From Desulfomicrobium sp. (GTDB lineage Bacteria; Desulfobacterota; Desulfovibrionia; Desulfovibrionales; Desulfomicrobiaceae), in NCBI GenBank assembly GCA_040768745.1, contig JAXGMI010000001.1:1760001-1824000 (forward strand): DNA of 64,000 bases. The letters run 5' to 3'. The notes below the pieces were generated by a model. It did no database searches, was not told the origin of the DNA, and saw nothing but the letters and a program-made list of their open reading frames with translations. The translations under genes were made by a program, and so were the position numbers. This document shows, piece after piece, positions 28,749-40,110 of this stretch (position 1 is its first letter; every line of letters starts with the position of its first letter).

Positions 28749-30528
28749 CTCTCCAAATCGGCCGCAGATATTTTCGGGCCCGCCTCTGCTCCTCCTGCTG
28801 CTGGTTGTCCTTTTTTGCCTTTTTGGCATCCGATTGTGGTATCTGCAAATCTATAAAAGCGAGTTCTATCAGGGCCGAGCCCAGGAAAACAGGACTCGGC
28901 AGAGCACCATGTTTTCTCCCCGGGGAATCATCAGGGACCGGGACGGTGTTCTCCTGGCGGAGAATACCCCAGCCTACGCCCTGGCATTGGTCAGAGAGGA
29001 TTGCCATGACATTCCCGCCACACTTGACCAAGTCAGTCGTTGGACAGGCCAGCCACTGGATGAACTGCAACGGGCTTTCGAGATTGGCCGCAAGCGGATC
29101 AAGCATTTCGACGAACAGGTTATTGTTCCCAACATCCCCTTTGATCTCGTGGCGGTGGTAGAAGCCCATCACCAGGAGTGGCCAGGTTTGACTATTGCCG
29201 TGCGTCCCAAGCGTTCCTATGCCTATGGCCCTGTCCTGGCCCATGTGCTCGGTTACGTGGCCCGGGCCAACGAGGAGGAACTGAACAACGATACTGCTCT
29301 GCAGCTTGGCGACGACGTGGGGAAACAAGGTGTAGAGTTCGTGCTGGAGCGACGCCTGCGGGGAACAAAGGGGCTGGAGGAGTTTGAAGTCGATGCGTCG
29401 GGGCGGGTGTTGTCTTCTCGCATCGTGACCCAGCCCTCCAAGGGAGAGGATTTGAATCTCAGCGTATCCTTGCGCTTACAGACGAAGGCGACCGAGATCA
29501 TGGCCGGCAAGGTCGGATCCGTGGTGGTCATGGACGCCGATTCGGGGCAGGTTTTGGCCTTGGTCAGCGTGCCCAGTTATGACCCCAATGAGTTTGTGGT
29601 TGGCATCGGTCATGCCAAATGGAATGAGCTGCTTGAGGATCCGTTGCATCCACTGCAGAACAGGTCCGTTCAAAGCGCTTATCCTCCGGGTTCTGTCTTC
29701 AAGTTGGTTGTTGCCGGGTTGGCTTTGGACAGCGGGATCATGCATCCATCCACCAAGATTTACTGTTCAGGCAAGTATAAGCTCGGGCAACGGGAATTCC
29801 GTTGTTGGAACAAAGGCGGGCATGGGGCCACGGATTTCAGGAAGTCGCTGCGCGAATCGTGCGATGTCTACTATTACCAGCTTGGGGAGCGCCTCGGCGT
29901 AAGCGCCCTCAGCGACTACGCCATCCGTTCGGGGTTTGGGTCGAAGACGGGTATCGAGTTGCCACATGAACGTGCAGGCAACATACCCTCGGCAGAATGG
30001 AAGATGAAGAGGTTTGGAGAGAAGTGGCAAGGCGGAGAGACCTTGAATTTTGCCATTGGGCAGGGCCATACCTTGACAACGCCATTGCAGATCGCGCGCT
30101 ACGTTTCTTCCTTGATCAACGGGGGGGCGCTGCTTCGCCCAACCTTGCTGCGCTCCCAATCTCCGGATGTGGTGGGAAAATTGCCCATGTCAGCCGCAAC
30201 CAGGAATCTGATTCTCGATGCGATGGTCGCTACGGTGGAGGAAGACCGCGGCACAGCACGTCTCATTCGAAGGCCAGGAATACGTGTTGGCGGTAAGACC
30301 GGCACGGCCCAGGTTGTGAAGCTGATGGACAAGTACGAGAAAAAGGATACCAAGGAGATCCCCTACAAGTACCGGGATCATGCGTGGATGGCCAGCTTTG
30401 CGGAAAAGGACGATCGACGGTATGTCATTGTGGCCATGGTCGAGCACGGAGGACACGGCGGATCAGATGCCGGACCCGTGGTCGGGTCAGTGATCGACGC
30501 GATTTTCAACGAGTCCATGCAGCAGTGA
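28735..30528 (+). CDS. mrdA: Penicillin-binding protein 2
   Basis: PRG.I.DR.G, PGSVFK (SxxK), SCD, KTGTAQ. Confidence 0.95.
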   Translation: MGVFDSPNRPQIFSGPPLLLLLLVVLFCLFGIRLWYLQIYKSEFYQGRAQENRTRQSTMFSPRGIIRDRDGVLLAENTPAYALALVREDCHDIPATLDQVSRWTGQPLDELQRAFEIGRKRIKHFDEQVIVPNIPFDLVAVVEAHHQEWPGLTIAVRPKRSYAYGPVLAHVLGYVARANEEELNNDTALQLGDDVGKQGVEFVLERRLRGTKGLEEFEVDASGRVLSSRIVTQPSKGEDLNLSVSLRLQTKATEIMAGKVGSVVVMDADSGQVLALVSVPSYDPNEFVVGIGHAKWNELLEDPLHPLQNRSVQSAYPPGSVFKLVVAGLALDSGIMHPSTKIYCSGKYKLGQREFRCWNKGGHGATDFRKSLRESCDVYYYQLGERLGVSALSDYAIRSGFGSKTGIELPHERAGNIPSAEWKMKRFGEKWQGGETLNFAIGQGHTLTTPLQIARYVSSLINGGALLRPTLLRSQSPDVVGKLPMSAATRNLILDAMVATVEEDRGTARLIRRPGIRVGGKTGTAQVVKLMDKYEKKDTKEIPYKYRDHAWMASFAEKDDRRYVIVAMVEHGGHGGSDAGPVVGSVIDAIFNESMQQ

Positions 30529-30535
30529 GTCGTCT

Positions 30536-31645
30536 ATGTTCGACAGAAGACTGATTTTTCACATCAATTGGGCCCTCGTTCTCCTGACCGCAGTGCTGTT
30601 CCTGGTTGGGGTTATGAATCTGTATTCCGCCAGCACATTGCGTGTGGCTTCCGGCCTGGAACTGGATGCGTACTTCAACAAGCAACTTTTGTGGGGTGGT
30701 GCCAGCTTTTGCGTAATGACCGCTCTGCTTCTTTTCGACTACCGTCACTTCAAGGCCCTGTCCTGGCCGCTGTTTTTTTTGTCTATTTTCCTCCTGCTGT
30801 GCGTCACCGTGGCCGGGAAGACAATTTACGGAGCTAAGCGCTGGCTTGATTTGGGTTTTTTCAATCTGCAGCCCACAGAACTGGCCAAGGTGGCAGTCTT
30901 GGTCCTTGGCGCCCAACTTATGGCCAGAATGGGGGGGCGGCTTGGCTGGGTCAATTTGGGGAAAACCCTCTTGGTTGGGTTGGTTCCGGCTGCCCTGATT
31001 GTGAAACAGCCTGATTTGGGCTCGGCTCTAAACATTCTGCTTATTCTCGGGGGCATGATTCTGTTCAAGGGGATCACTCCGTCTGTTTTTAAAGTACTCG
31101 TCGTTGCCCTGCCGGGGCTCCTTCCTTTTGGGTGGTTTTTTTTGCACGATTACCAGAAGCAACGGATTTTGACCTTCATGAATCCCGGGAATGATCCCCT
31201 TGGGGCAGGGTATCATATCATTCAATCCCAAATTGCCATCGGTTCAGGAGGATTCTGGGGAAAAGGGTTTTTAGAGGGCACCCAAAGTCAGCTCCGTTTT
31301 CTGCCGGAAAAACATACTGATTTTGCGTTCGCGGTATTCGGCGAGGAGTGGGGCTTCTGCGGCACAATGGTTCTTCTCGCTCTTTTCTGTGCATTCCTGT
31401 ACCAGATTTACATCATTTCCCTGGAAGCAAAAGATGATTTTGGGAGTTACCTCGCTGCCGGAGTCTTCTTTTATTTCTTCTGGCAGATTCTCATCAACAT
31501 GGGCATGGTGCTCGGCATCATGCCCGTTGTGGGAATACCCCTTCCCTTCATCAGTTATGGGGGCAGCGCTTCTGTGGTCAACTTCTGCATGATCGGCATT
31601 GTCCTCAACGTGGCTATGCGCCGATTCGTGTTCAAGAAAGGGTGA
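30536..31645 (+). CDS. rodA: SEDS peptidoglycan glycosyltransferase RodA
   Basis: GAKRWL, QPTELAK, QPDLG, PEKHTDF, PFISYGGS. Confidence 0.96.
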   Translation: MFDRRLIFHINWALVLLTAVLFLVGVMNLYSASTLRVASGLELDAYFNKQLLWGGASFCVMTALLLFDYRHFKALSWPLFFLSIFLLLCVTVAGKTIYGAKRWLDLGFFNLQPTELAKVAVLVLGAQLMARMGGRLGWVNLGKTLLVGLVPAALIVKQPDLGSALNILLILGGMILFKGITPSVFKVLVVALPGLLPFGWFFLHDYQKQRILTFMNPGNDPLGAGYHIIQSQIAIGSGGFWGKGFLEGTQSQLRFLPEKHTDFAFAVFGEEWGFCGTMVLLALFCAFLYQIYIISLEAKDDFGSYLAAGVFFYFFWQILINMGMVLGIMPVVGIPLPFISYGGSASVVNFCMIGIVLNVAMRRFVFKKG

Positions 31646-31814
31646 ATCGTATGCACAGGAAAACCAGCTGTCCCGATGGATGGATGGATTCCGAAGGCCG
31701 GCCACCAGGATGAAAAGAATCGGAAGGGCGTGCGCTACAAACGTGAAATTCTGAACAAACCTGCGAAATCAAGGCAGTAGCCTGTGTTTTCCTGATGCCT
31801 TGGCCAAAAAGATT

Positions 31815-31843
31815 TTGACACAAAAATAGGAATCAGATAGAGG
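31815..31843 (+). promoter_or_regulatory. Sigma70-type promoter of atp operon
   Basis: TTGACA-17 nt-TAGAGG. Confidence 0.55.
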
Positions 31844-31852
31844 CCCTGTGAC

Positions 31853-31872
31853 TTTGAACAAAAATTCACATA
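31853..31872. promoter_or_regulatory. Putative Rex operator
   Basis: TTTGAACAAAAATTCACATA resembles TTGTGAA-N4-TTCACAA, just downstream of the -10. Confidence 0.45.
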
Positions 31873-31888
31873 CTATTTGGGGGGCGGC

Positions 31889-32311
31889 ATGATTGATCTG
31901 GACTACACATTTTTTGTTCAGCTTGTGAACTTTTTGATCATTCTGACGGTTCTGAATCTGATCCTGTACCGTCCTATCCGGGGGATCATCAAAAAGCGGG
32001 CGGAGGTCATGAACGAAAAACTAGCCTCCATTGAAGGATTCACTGCAGACGCCGAATCAAAGCTTGAGAATTACAAGGCCTCCTTGCGGGGCGCGCGGGT
32101 AGATGCGCAGGAGATTCGAGTTGCCCTGAAAGCTGAAGGCTCCTCTGCTGAAGCTTCTGTCCTGTCCAAGGCCAGTGCCGAAGCCGCTGAGAAGGTCGCT
32201 GCCGCTAGGAAGGAAATTGATGCCCAGAAGCAGGCCGCATTGAAAACCCTGCGTGGTACTGTGGCTGACTATGCCAAGACAGTGGCCAACAAGGTCCTGG
32301 CCAGGGAATAG
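31889..32311 (+). CDS. atpF: ATP synthase F0 subunit b'
   Basis: D.TFFVQLVNF TM then Ala-rich coiled coil; synteny. Confidence 0.9.
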   Translation: MIDLDYTFFVQLVNFLIILTVLNLILYRPIRGIIKKRAEVMNEKLASIEGFTADAESKLENYKASLRGARVDAQEIRVALKAEGSSAEASVLSKASAEAAEKVAAARKEIDAQKQAALKTLRGTVADYAKTVANKVLARE

Positions 32312-32368
32312 TTGGTCCGGAAACGTGTGCGTGAAGGCGTTACTTTTTCATACAAGGAGGGCGGAATT

Positions 32369-32938
32369 TTGAAAAAGTTCAGGACTGTCGGATTGGTGAC
32401 GGCAGCATTGGTGCTCTGCGCGGCGGTCGCATTCGCCAGCGGCGGGGAGGGTGGTGGCCACGACAAATGGCTTGATCTCCTCTACCGCTTTATCAATTTC
32501 GGCATAGTCGCTTTTCTGATCTACAAGTTCGCGGGCAAGCGTGTGGCGGACATGATGACCGGCCGCACCAAGCAGATCGAGACAGACCTGTCCGATCTCG
32601 ATGAACGGAAAGAGGAGGCAGAGAAGCGACTGCTGGAAGTTGAGGCGAGCATTGCCAACCTGGAGACGGAAAAGGCCAGGATTATTGCCGACGCCAAGGC
32701 CCAGGGCGAAGCGATGCGTCAGGCTATTCTTGAAAAGGCCGAAGTCCAGGCTGCGCAGATCAAGGCCCAGGCTGAGATTGCGGCTGCACAAGAGACAAAG
32801 TTGGCCATAGACGCGATTCGTGAGGAACTGGCCGAAAAGATTATAGTTGCCGCCGAAGATCTTGTGAAAAAGCAGCTCAAAAAGAAGGATCACGAAGATT
32901 TGGTTAACGAATATCTTAAGAAGGTGGTGCTCAATTGA
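32369..32938 (+). CDS. atpF: ATP synthase F0 subunit b
   Basis: AAGGAGG RBS + TTG, YRFINF TM, coiled coil. Confidence 0.9.
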   Translation: MKKFRTVGLVTAALVLCAAVAFASGGEGGGHDKWLDLLYRFINFGIVAFLIYKFAGKRVADMMTGRTKQIETDLSDLDERKEEAEKRLLEVEASIANLETEKARIIADAKAQGEAMRQAILEKAEVQAAQIKAQAEIAAAQETKLAIDAIREELAEKIIVAAEDLVKKQLKKKDHEDLVNEYLKKVVLN

Positions 32939-33486
32939 CTGGGAACATCGTAGCAAGACGGTATGCCAAGGCGCTGTTTGCTGTGGCGCAGGCGTCAGAC
33001 AAGGGCGCCATGACACAGTATGGTGAAGACTTGGCGAGGCTGGCTGGAGTCCTGGAGAATGCGCCTGAGCTCACGAAGATCTTCCGCAATCCAATTTTTG
33101 GGGTGGAAGAAAAGAGAGGAGTGATTGTCTCCGTTCTGGACAAGGTTGCCCCGTGCGCCATGGTCCGGAATTTCTGTCTGCTTCTGGCAGACAAAAACAG
33201 ACTGGCTTTTCTCCCCGAGATCAACGCGTCCTACAGCATGCTTTTGGATTCAGCCCAGGGTGTTCTTCGTGGCAAACTGGTGACGGCGGTGAAGCTGTCC
33301 GACGTGGTGCAGAAGAACGTTGTCGACAAACTTCAGAGTGAGTCAGGCCAGAAAGTGATCCTTGATTATGAAGTTGATCAGGACATCATCGGCGGACTCA
33401 TGCTCAAGATCGGGGACAAGGTCCTTGATGCCAGCATTCGGGCTCAACTACAGATTTTGAAAGAAAATATCAAAAGGGGTGAGTAG
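32935..33486 (+). CDS. atpH: ATP synthase F1 delta
   Basis: [25 protein letters not shown]. Confidence 0.95.
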   Translation: MTGNIVARRYAKALFAVAQASDKGAMTQYGEDLARLAGVLENAPELTKIFRNPIFGVEEKRGVIVSVLDKVAPCAMVRNFCLLLADKNRLAFLPEINASYSMLLDSAQGVLRGKLVTAVKLSDVVQKNVVDKLQSESGQKVILDYEVDQDIIGGLMLKIGDKVLDASIRAQLQILKENIKRGE

Positions 33487-33491
33487 AGGCT

Positions 33492-35000
33492 ATGCAGATC
33501 AAAGCAGAAGAAATTAGCCAGATCATCGAAGGCCAGATCAAGAATTACGAGAAAAAGGTTGAGATGAGCGAAACTGGCGTGGTCCTGTCTGTGGGTGATG
33601 GTATCGCCCGCGTCTATGGCTGCGAAAACGCGATGGCCATGGAGCTTCTTGAATTTCCCGGCAACGTCATGGGAATGGTTCTCAACCTGGAAGAAGATTC
33701 CGTTGGTGTGGCCCTCCTTGGCGAGACCGAGCACATTAAGGAAGGCGACCTGGTCAAGCGTACCGGTCGAATCTTCCAGGTGCCGGTCGGCGATGCAGTC
33801 ATGGGCCGAGTCATTGACCCTCTGGGTAACCCCATCGACGGTCTTGGCCCGATCCAGACAGACCTGTATCGGAACGTGGAGATCAAGGCTCCCGGCATCA
33901 TCGCCCGCAAGTCAGTCCACGAACCCATGTACACAGGCCTGAAGGCCATCGACGCCATGACTCCTATTGGCCGTGGCCAGCGCGAACTGATCATCGGTGA
34001 CCGTCAGGTCGGCAAGACCGCAGTTGGCGTTGATGCCATCCTGGCCCAGAAGAACAGCGACATCCACTGCTTCTACGTCGCCATCGGCCAGAAGCGCTCC
34101 ACTGTTGCCCAGGTCGTTGAGGCCCTGCGCCAGAATGGCGCCCTGGCTTACACCACGGTCATTTCGGCCACGGCCTCAGAGCCAGCGCCCTTGCAATTCA
34201 TCGCTGCCTACTGTGGATGTACCATGGCCGAGTTCTATCGTGACAACGGCAAGCACGCCCTGATCGTCTATGACGATCTGTCCAAGCAGGCCGTGGCCTA
34301 CCGGCAGATGTCCCTGCTGCTGCGCCGTCCTCCGGGACGTGAAGCGTTCCCCGGCGACGTTTTCTATCTCCACTCCCGCCTGCTGGAACGTGCGTGCAAG
34401 GTCAACGACAGCCTGGGTGCCGGCTCCCTGACCGCCCTTCCGGTCATTGAAACGCAGGCTGGCGACGTCTCCGCCTACATCCCGACCAACGTCATCTCCA
34501 TCACTGACGGCCAGGTTTACCTTGAGCCCAACCTGTTCATGGCCGGCATCCGCCCTGCCATCAACGTCGGTCTGTCCGTCTCCCGAGTCGGTGGCGCGGC
34601 CCAGATCAAGGCCATGAAAAGAGTTGCCGGCACGCTTCGTCTGGATCTCGCTCAGTATCGTGAACTGGCCGCCTTCGCCCAGTTCGGCTCCGACCTGGAC
34701 AAGGCCACCAAGACAAAGCTGACCCGCGGAGAGCGCCTGGTGGAACTGCTGAAGCAGCCCCAGTACCAGCCCATGCCCGTCGAAGAGCAGGTTGCCGTGC
34801 TGTACGCGGGCACACGTGGCTACCTTGATGACATCGCTGTGACTGAGGCCATTCGCTTCGGCAACGAGTTGGTTGATTTTATGCGCAACCAGAAGTCTGA
34901 CGTCCTGGCCGAAATCGTGCAGACCAAGGACCTTGGCGCTGAGACCGAAAAGAAACTGGCTGCCGCCCTTGAGGAGTTCAAAGCTGGTTTCAAAGCCTAG
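33492..35000 (+). CDS. atpA: ATP synthase F1 alpha
   Basis: [29 protein letters not shown]. Confidence 0.99.
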   Translation: MQIKAEEISQIIEGQIKNYEKKVEMSETGVVLSVGDGIARVYGCENAMAMELLEFPGNVMGMVLNLEEDSVGVALLGETEHIKEGDLVKRTGRIFQVPVGDAVMGRVIDPLGNPIDGLGPIQTDLYRNVEIKAPGIIARKSVHEPMYTGLKAIDAMTPIGRGQRELIIGDRQVGKTAVGVDAILAQKNSDIHCFYVAIGQKRSTVAQVVEALRQNGALAYTTVISATASEPAPLQFIAAYCGCTMAEFYRDNGKHALIVYDDLSKQAVAYRQMSLLLRRPPGREAFPGDVFYLHSRLLERACKVNDSLGAGSLTALPVIETQAGDVSAYIPTNVISITDGQVYLEPNLFMAGIRPAINVGLSVSRVGGAAQIKAMKRVAGTLRLDLAQYRELAAFAQFGSDLDKATKTKLTRGERLVELLKQPQYQPMPVEEQVAVLYAGTRGYLDDIAVTEAIRFGNELVDFMRNQKSDVLAEIVQTKDLGAETEKKLAAALEEFKAGFKA

Positions 35001-35020
35001 GATCGTGTAAGGAGTCGTAA

Positions 35021-35893
35021 ATGGCATCACTGAGGGACATTAAAAACAAAATCGTCGGTGTAAAAAAGACCAAGCAGATTACGAAGGCGATGAACATGGT
35101 CGCTTCGGCAAAGCTGCGCGGTGCTCAAGGCCGTATCGAGCGCTTTCGTCCCTATGCTGATAAGTTCAATGACATTCTTATCGATTTGGCTTCCCGCGCT
35201 GACGCGAGCGTTCATCCCCTGCTTGAAAAGCGTGAGGTGATCCAGAATGTAGGCATAGTTCTGGTCACTTCAGACAAGGGGCTGTGCGGCAGCTTCAATG
35301 CCAACCTGTGCAGCGCAGCTGACAGGCTGGCAAAGCAGAAGGAAGCAGAAGGCAAGACGGTCAAGTTTATCTGCATCGGTAAAAAAGGCAGAGATTTCAT
35401 TCGTAAAACGAAATTCGAAATCGTTTCGCAATATGCTGAGAACATGACGAACTTCGATTTTCAGCTGGCCAGCGAAACAGGCAATATCGTCATCGATGGC
35501 TATCTCTCCGCGCAATTTGACGAAGTGCATATCGTTTATGGTAAGTTCGTAAACATCGGCAAGCAGGAAGCGACTACGGCACAAATCCTTCCTGCCGAAA
35601 CGGTTGAATCAGGCGCACAGGCAGGCGCATCCAGCGAATACATCTTTGAGCCTTCCGTAGAAGGGCTGCTTGCCGAATTGCTGCCAAGGTATGTGAAGGT
35701 TCAGATGTACAGAGGTCTCCTCGATACTTCGGCCAGCGAACACGCTGCCCGTATGTCGGCCATGGATAACGCGACCAAGAACTGCGACGAAATGGTCGGA
35801 AGCCTGACCCTGGTGTACAACAAGGCGCGGCAGGCCAGTATCACCACCCAATTAATGGATATTGTAGGCGGTGCCGAGGCACTGAAAGGATAA
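35021..35893 (+). CDS. atpG: ATP synthase F1 gamma
   Basis: ITKAM.MVASAKL, SDKGLCGSFN, SEH.ARM.AM, RQA.IT. Confidence 0.98.
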   Translation: MASLRDIKNKIVGVKKTKQITKAMNMVASAKLRGAQGRIERFRPYADKFNDILIDLASRADASVHPLLEKREVIQNVGIVLVTSDKGLCGSFNANLCSAADRLAKQKEAEGKTVKFICIGKKGRDFIRKTKFEIVSQYAENMTNFDFQLASETGNIVIDGYLSAQFDEVHIVYGKFVNIGKQEATTAQILPAETVESGAQAGASSEYIFEPSVEGLLAELLPRYVKVQMYRGLLDTSASEHAARMSAMDNATKNCDEMVGSLTLVYNKARQASITTQLMDIVGGAEALKG

Positions 35894-35903
35894 GGGGGCA
35901 TAA

Positions 35904-37316
<1,413 letters not shown>

Positions 37317-37339
37317 TTCATTCCTCCTGGGGTATCGAT

Positions 37340-37768
37340 ATGGCTAAGACATTAACGCTTGAAATAGTGACTCCAGACAAGATGGTGCTCAAGGAAGAAG
37401 TCGACTACGTCGGCGCTCCCGGCATCAACGGCGAGTTTGGTGTCCTGCCCAATCATATCCCGTTTCTCTCTGCGCTTGGCATCGGGAGCCTGTTCTACAA
37501 GCTGAATGGCAAGAAGTACTATGTGTTTGTTGCCGGAGGCTTTGCCGAGGTTTCCCCTGCAAAGGTGACAGTTCTTGCTGAAGTGGCAGAACGAGCTGAA
37601 GACATTGATCTGGAGCGGGCTCGCAGGGCTCAGGAAAGGGCTGAGCAGCGCGCCAGACAGCAACAGGAGAAACTGGATTACGCAGCAGCACAGGCAGCGT
37701 TGGCACGTGCGCTTCATCGTATGAAATGCCGTGCAAATGCTGTGAGCGAAGGCACCTGCCGCATGTAA
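37340..37768 (+). CDS. atpC: ATP synthase F1 epsilon
   Basis: [28 protein letters not shown]. Confidence 0.96.
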   Translation: MAKTLTLEIVTPDKMVLKEEVDYVGAPGINGEFGVLPNHIPFLSALGIGSLFYKLNGKKYYVFVAGGFAEVSPAKVTVLAEVAERAEDIDLERARRAQERAEQRARQQQEKLDYAAAQAALARALHRMKCRANAVSEGTCRM

Positions 37769-37789
37769 TGAACCTGATGGTCGAATCAG

Positions 37790-37819
37790 AAAGCAGGCTC
37801 TTCGGAGCCTGCTTTTTTT
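37790..37819 (+). terminator. atp operon intrinsic terminator
   Basis: AAAGCAGGCTC-TTCG-GAGCCTGCTTT plus T run (UUCG tetraloop). Confidence 0.92.
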
Positions 37820-37928
37820 ATTCTATTTTCTAGAAGTACAAGAATGTATTTTACCGCATTAATCATATTCACAGGATGTGGTTTTTTGTGAGATGGCGCC
37901 AGAATAGAATGCAACTAGCAGGTGAAGT

Positions 37929-39317
37929 ATGAATTTAGATTTAGGCTATCTGATTTTGGCTGCTGGAAAAGGGACACGGATGCATTCCGATTTACCAAAA
38001 GTACTGCAGCATGTTATGCATAAGCCAATGTTGGGATATGTTTTTGATTCACTAAATGCTTCAGGCATGCACGCACGATGGACAGTTGTTGGATTCGGTG
38101 CTGATGCAGTACGTAGCGCATTTCCAGATGAAACAAATTTTGTCCTCCAGGAAGAGCAATTGGGGACAGGTCATGCTGTGGTTAAGGCGTGGCAAAATGT
38201 CGTCGAATCAGGAGTACGCTATGTTTGCGTGCTGAACGGGGATACACCGCATGTGCCCGTCGACGACATAGTGGAAATGGCCTGTCAGTGCAGAATGGCT
38301 GGGGCTGCCATGGGCTTTTTGACCCTGCAGTTGGAGAATCCTTTTGGATACGGCAGGGTGGTCCGCTCGGAAAATGGTTTGGTACGCAATGTGGTGGAGG
38401 AGAAAGATTTCCATCCCAACGACTTCGGAGGTCAGATTCACGAAGTCAACTCAGGGGTCTATGTTCTTGCAGTGGAGGCCTGCTCCGCCTTGCTGCCGAA
38501 GATCGATCGCAACAACGCGCAGAACGAGTTTTATTTGACCCAGCTGATCAGCCTGTGCGCAGCCGAAGGTTTACCGGTTGTCGCGCGTCCTTACACGGGA
38601 CGCGGGCGTCTTCTGGGCATCAATTCCCCACGTGAACTGGTGGAATTCGAAGAGTCCCTGCGCGGGCGGATTGTGAACGAACTCCTGGATTCGGGAGTGA
38701 TTATCCGGAAACCAGGTGCTGTCATAGTCGGACCAGATGTGATTATCGAGCCGGGAGTCGATATCACAGGTCCCTGCGAGATTTATGGAAAAACCCATGT
38801 GCAGCGCGGAGCTCAGATCGCATCGCACTGCTGGATCAAAGACTCGTTTCTCGGCCCTTGCCAAGTGAAATCATTTTCTCATATTGAAGCATCACGCATT
38901 GGCGCCGGAGCGAGCGTGGGACCGTTTGCGCGTTTGCGACCTGGAACTGACATAGGAGAGAGGGCACGCGTCGGGAACTTCGTGGAGGTCAAGAAGTCCA
39001 CATTGCACGCCGGAGCCAAAGCCGGACACCTTTCCTATCTGGGTGACAGTGAAATTGGCCGGGATGTCAATATCGGAGCGGGAACGATCACCTGCAATTA
39101 TGACGGGTCGCGCAAACACCGCACAGAAATTCAGGAAAATGCCTTTATCGGCAGTAATACCGCCTTGGTTGCACCTGTGGTCGTGGGCGCTGGAGCCTTG
39201 GTCGGCGCTGGATCGGTTGTGACAAAGAACGTTCCAGCAGGAGCTCTCTGTGTTGCCAGGGCCAGACAGTTGAATCTGGAACGGAAATCATCCAATCAGT
39301 CACATTCGGGAGAATAG
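37929..39317 (+). CDS. glmU: Bifunctional UDP-GlcNAc pyrophosphorylase/acetyltransferase
   Basis: LAAGKGTRM.S.LPK, QLGTGHA, GPFARLRPG, NFVEVK, ITCNYDG. Confidence 0.97.
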   Translation: MNLDLGYLILAAGKGTRMHSDLPKVLQHVMHKPMLGYVFDSLNASGMHARWTVVGFGADAVRSAFPDETNFVLQEEQLGTGHAVVKAWQNVVESGVRYVCVLNGDTPHVPVDDIVEMACQCRMAGAAMGFLTLQLENPFGYGRVVRSENGLVRNVVEEKDFHPNDFGGQIHEVNSGVYVLAVEACSALLPKIDRNNAQNEFYLTQLISLCAAEGLPVVARPYTGRGRLLGINSPRELVEFEESLRGRIVNELLDSGVIIRKPGAVIVGPDVIIEPGVDITGPCEIYGKTHVQRGAQIASHCWIKDSFLGPCQVKSFSHIEASRIGAGASVGPFARLRPGTDIGERARVGNFVEVKKSTLHAGAKAGHLSYLGDSEIGRDVNIGAGTITCNYDGSRKHRTEIQENAFIGSNTALVAPVVVGAGALVGAGSVVTKNVPAGALCVARARQLNLERKSSNQSHSGE

Positions 39318-39319
39318 CC

Positions 39320-39499
39320 ATGGACATACTGACGCAGTTGACAGACAAAATAACGCTTCTTCTGGAACGCCAGGATCATCTGAAAAAAGAAAATTTACAA
39401 CTAAAAGAAGCTCTTGAACAGGAGCGACAGACCAAAGAGGCCGTTCTTGCCCGGGTTGAAAACATCTTGAATCAGATTCAAGAGGTTGATATAAACTAA
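39320..39499 (+). CDS. ZapB-like small coiled-coil protein (59 aa, below the ORF-track cutoff)
   Basis: MDILTQLTDKITLLLERQDHLKKENLQLKEALEQERQTKEAVLARVENILNQIQEVDIN; GGGAGA RBS; directly before zapA. Confidence 0.75.
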   Translation: MDILTQLTDKITLLLERQDHLKKENLQLKEALEQERQTKEAVLARVENILNQIQEVDIN

Positions 39500-39502
39500 A
39501 TA

Positions 39503-39769
39503 ATGCCAGGATATAATTTGACAGTGCTCGGCCTCGATCTTTCCTTCGCGGCCGATGTGCCACCTGAACGGATACAAAAAGCGGTGGATTACGTACACCA
39601 ACGCTACCGCGACCTTCAGGGGCGGAGTGGTCAATTAAGCAAGGAGCGGCTTTTGACGTATCTGGCATTGAGTCTGGCCGACGATTATTTGCATGATCAA
39701 GGGAAGTTGATGCAATTGGAAACGACATTGCAACAACTTCTTTCAAAGATAGATAGTCCTGAAAAGTAG
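39503..39769 (+). CDS. zapA: Cell division protein ZapA
   Basis: V.G..L.F, AVDYV, LALSLADD; position before 6S RNA. Confidence 0.8.
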   Translation: MPGYNLTVLGLDLSFAADVPPERIQKAVDYVHQRYRDLQGRSGQLSKERLLTYLALSLADDYLHDQGKLMQLETTLQQLLSKIDSPEK

Positions 39770-39777
39770 GTTTACGA

Positions 39778-39951
39778 ACCCTGGGAGGTCAGTGATTGGA
39801 GATGCGTTTTTGAGCCAATAAAGCGCAAAAAGGGTAGCTTTCAACCGTCTTGTGTGCAAGCTCTGGATAGCCGGAGAAGCCTAATGGACTGTAGCCAACC
39901 CCCTCTTAACTTAAGAGGTTCAAAATAAATCCCAACACTACCTTCCGGGGC
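39778..39951 (+). ncRNA. ssrS: 6S RNA
   Basis: About 175 nt; 5' CCCTGGGAGGTCAGTG pairs with 3' CACTACCTTCCGGGG, TTGAGCC/GGTTCAA internal stem; classic position after zapA. Confidence 0.8.
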
Positions 39952-40110
39952 TTTTCGCAGTCTGTCCTATCCAGAAGCCAGGCCTGACATCCCTCCTTGC
40001 ACTCCAATGTAATTCATTACGCTGGTGTTTTCTTGTTCCGCTTTCAGGAAGGGGAACGCCGAATTATGGCTGTCGCGTAGCCTTTTACCATATTGTGCCA
40101 AGGAGATTTC

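Noticed and set aside
31656..31794. CAGGAAAAC...GTTTTCCTG inverted repeat enclosing the rodA-atp spacer (possible sRNA or MITE)
   Set aside because: Only 9 bp perfect, single copy in the window, no target-site duplication or terminator
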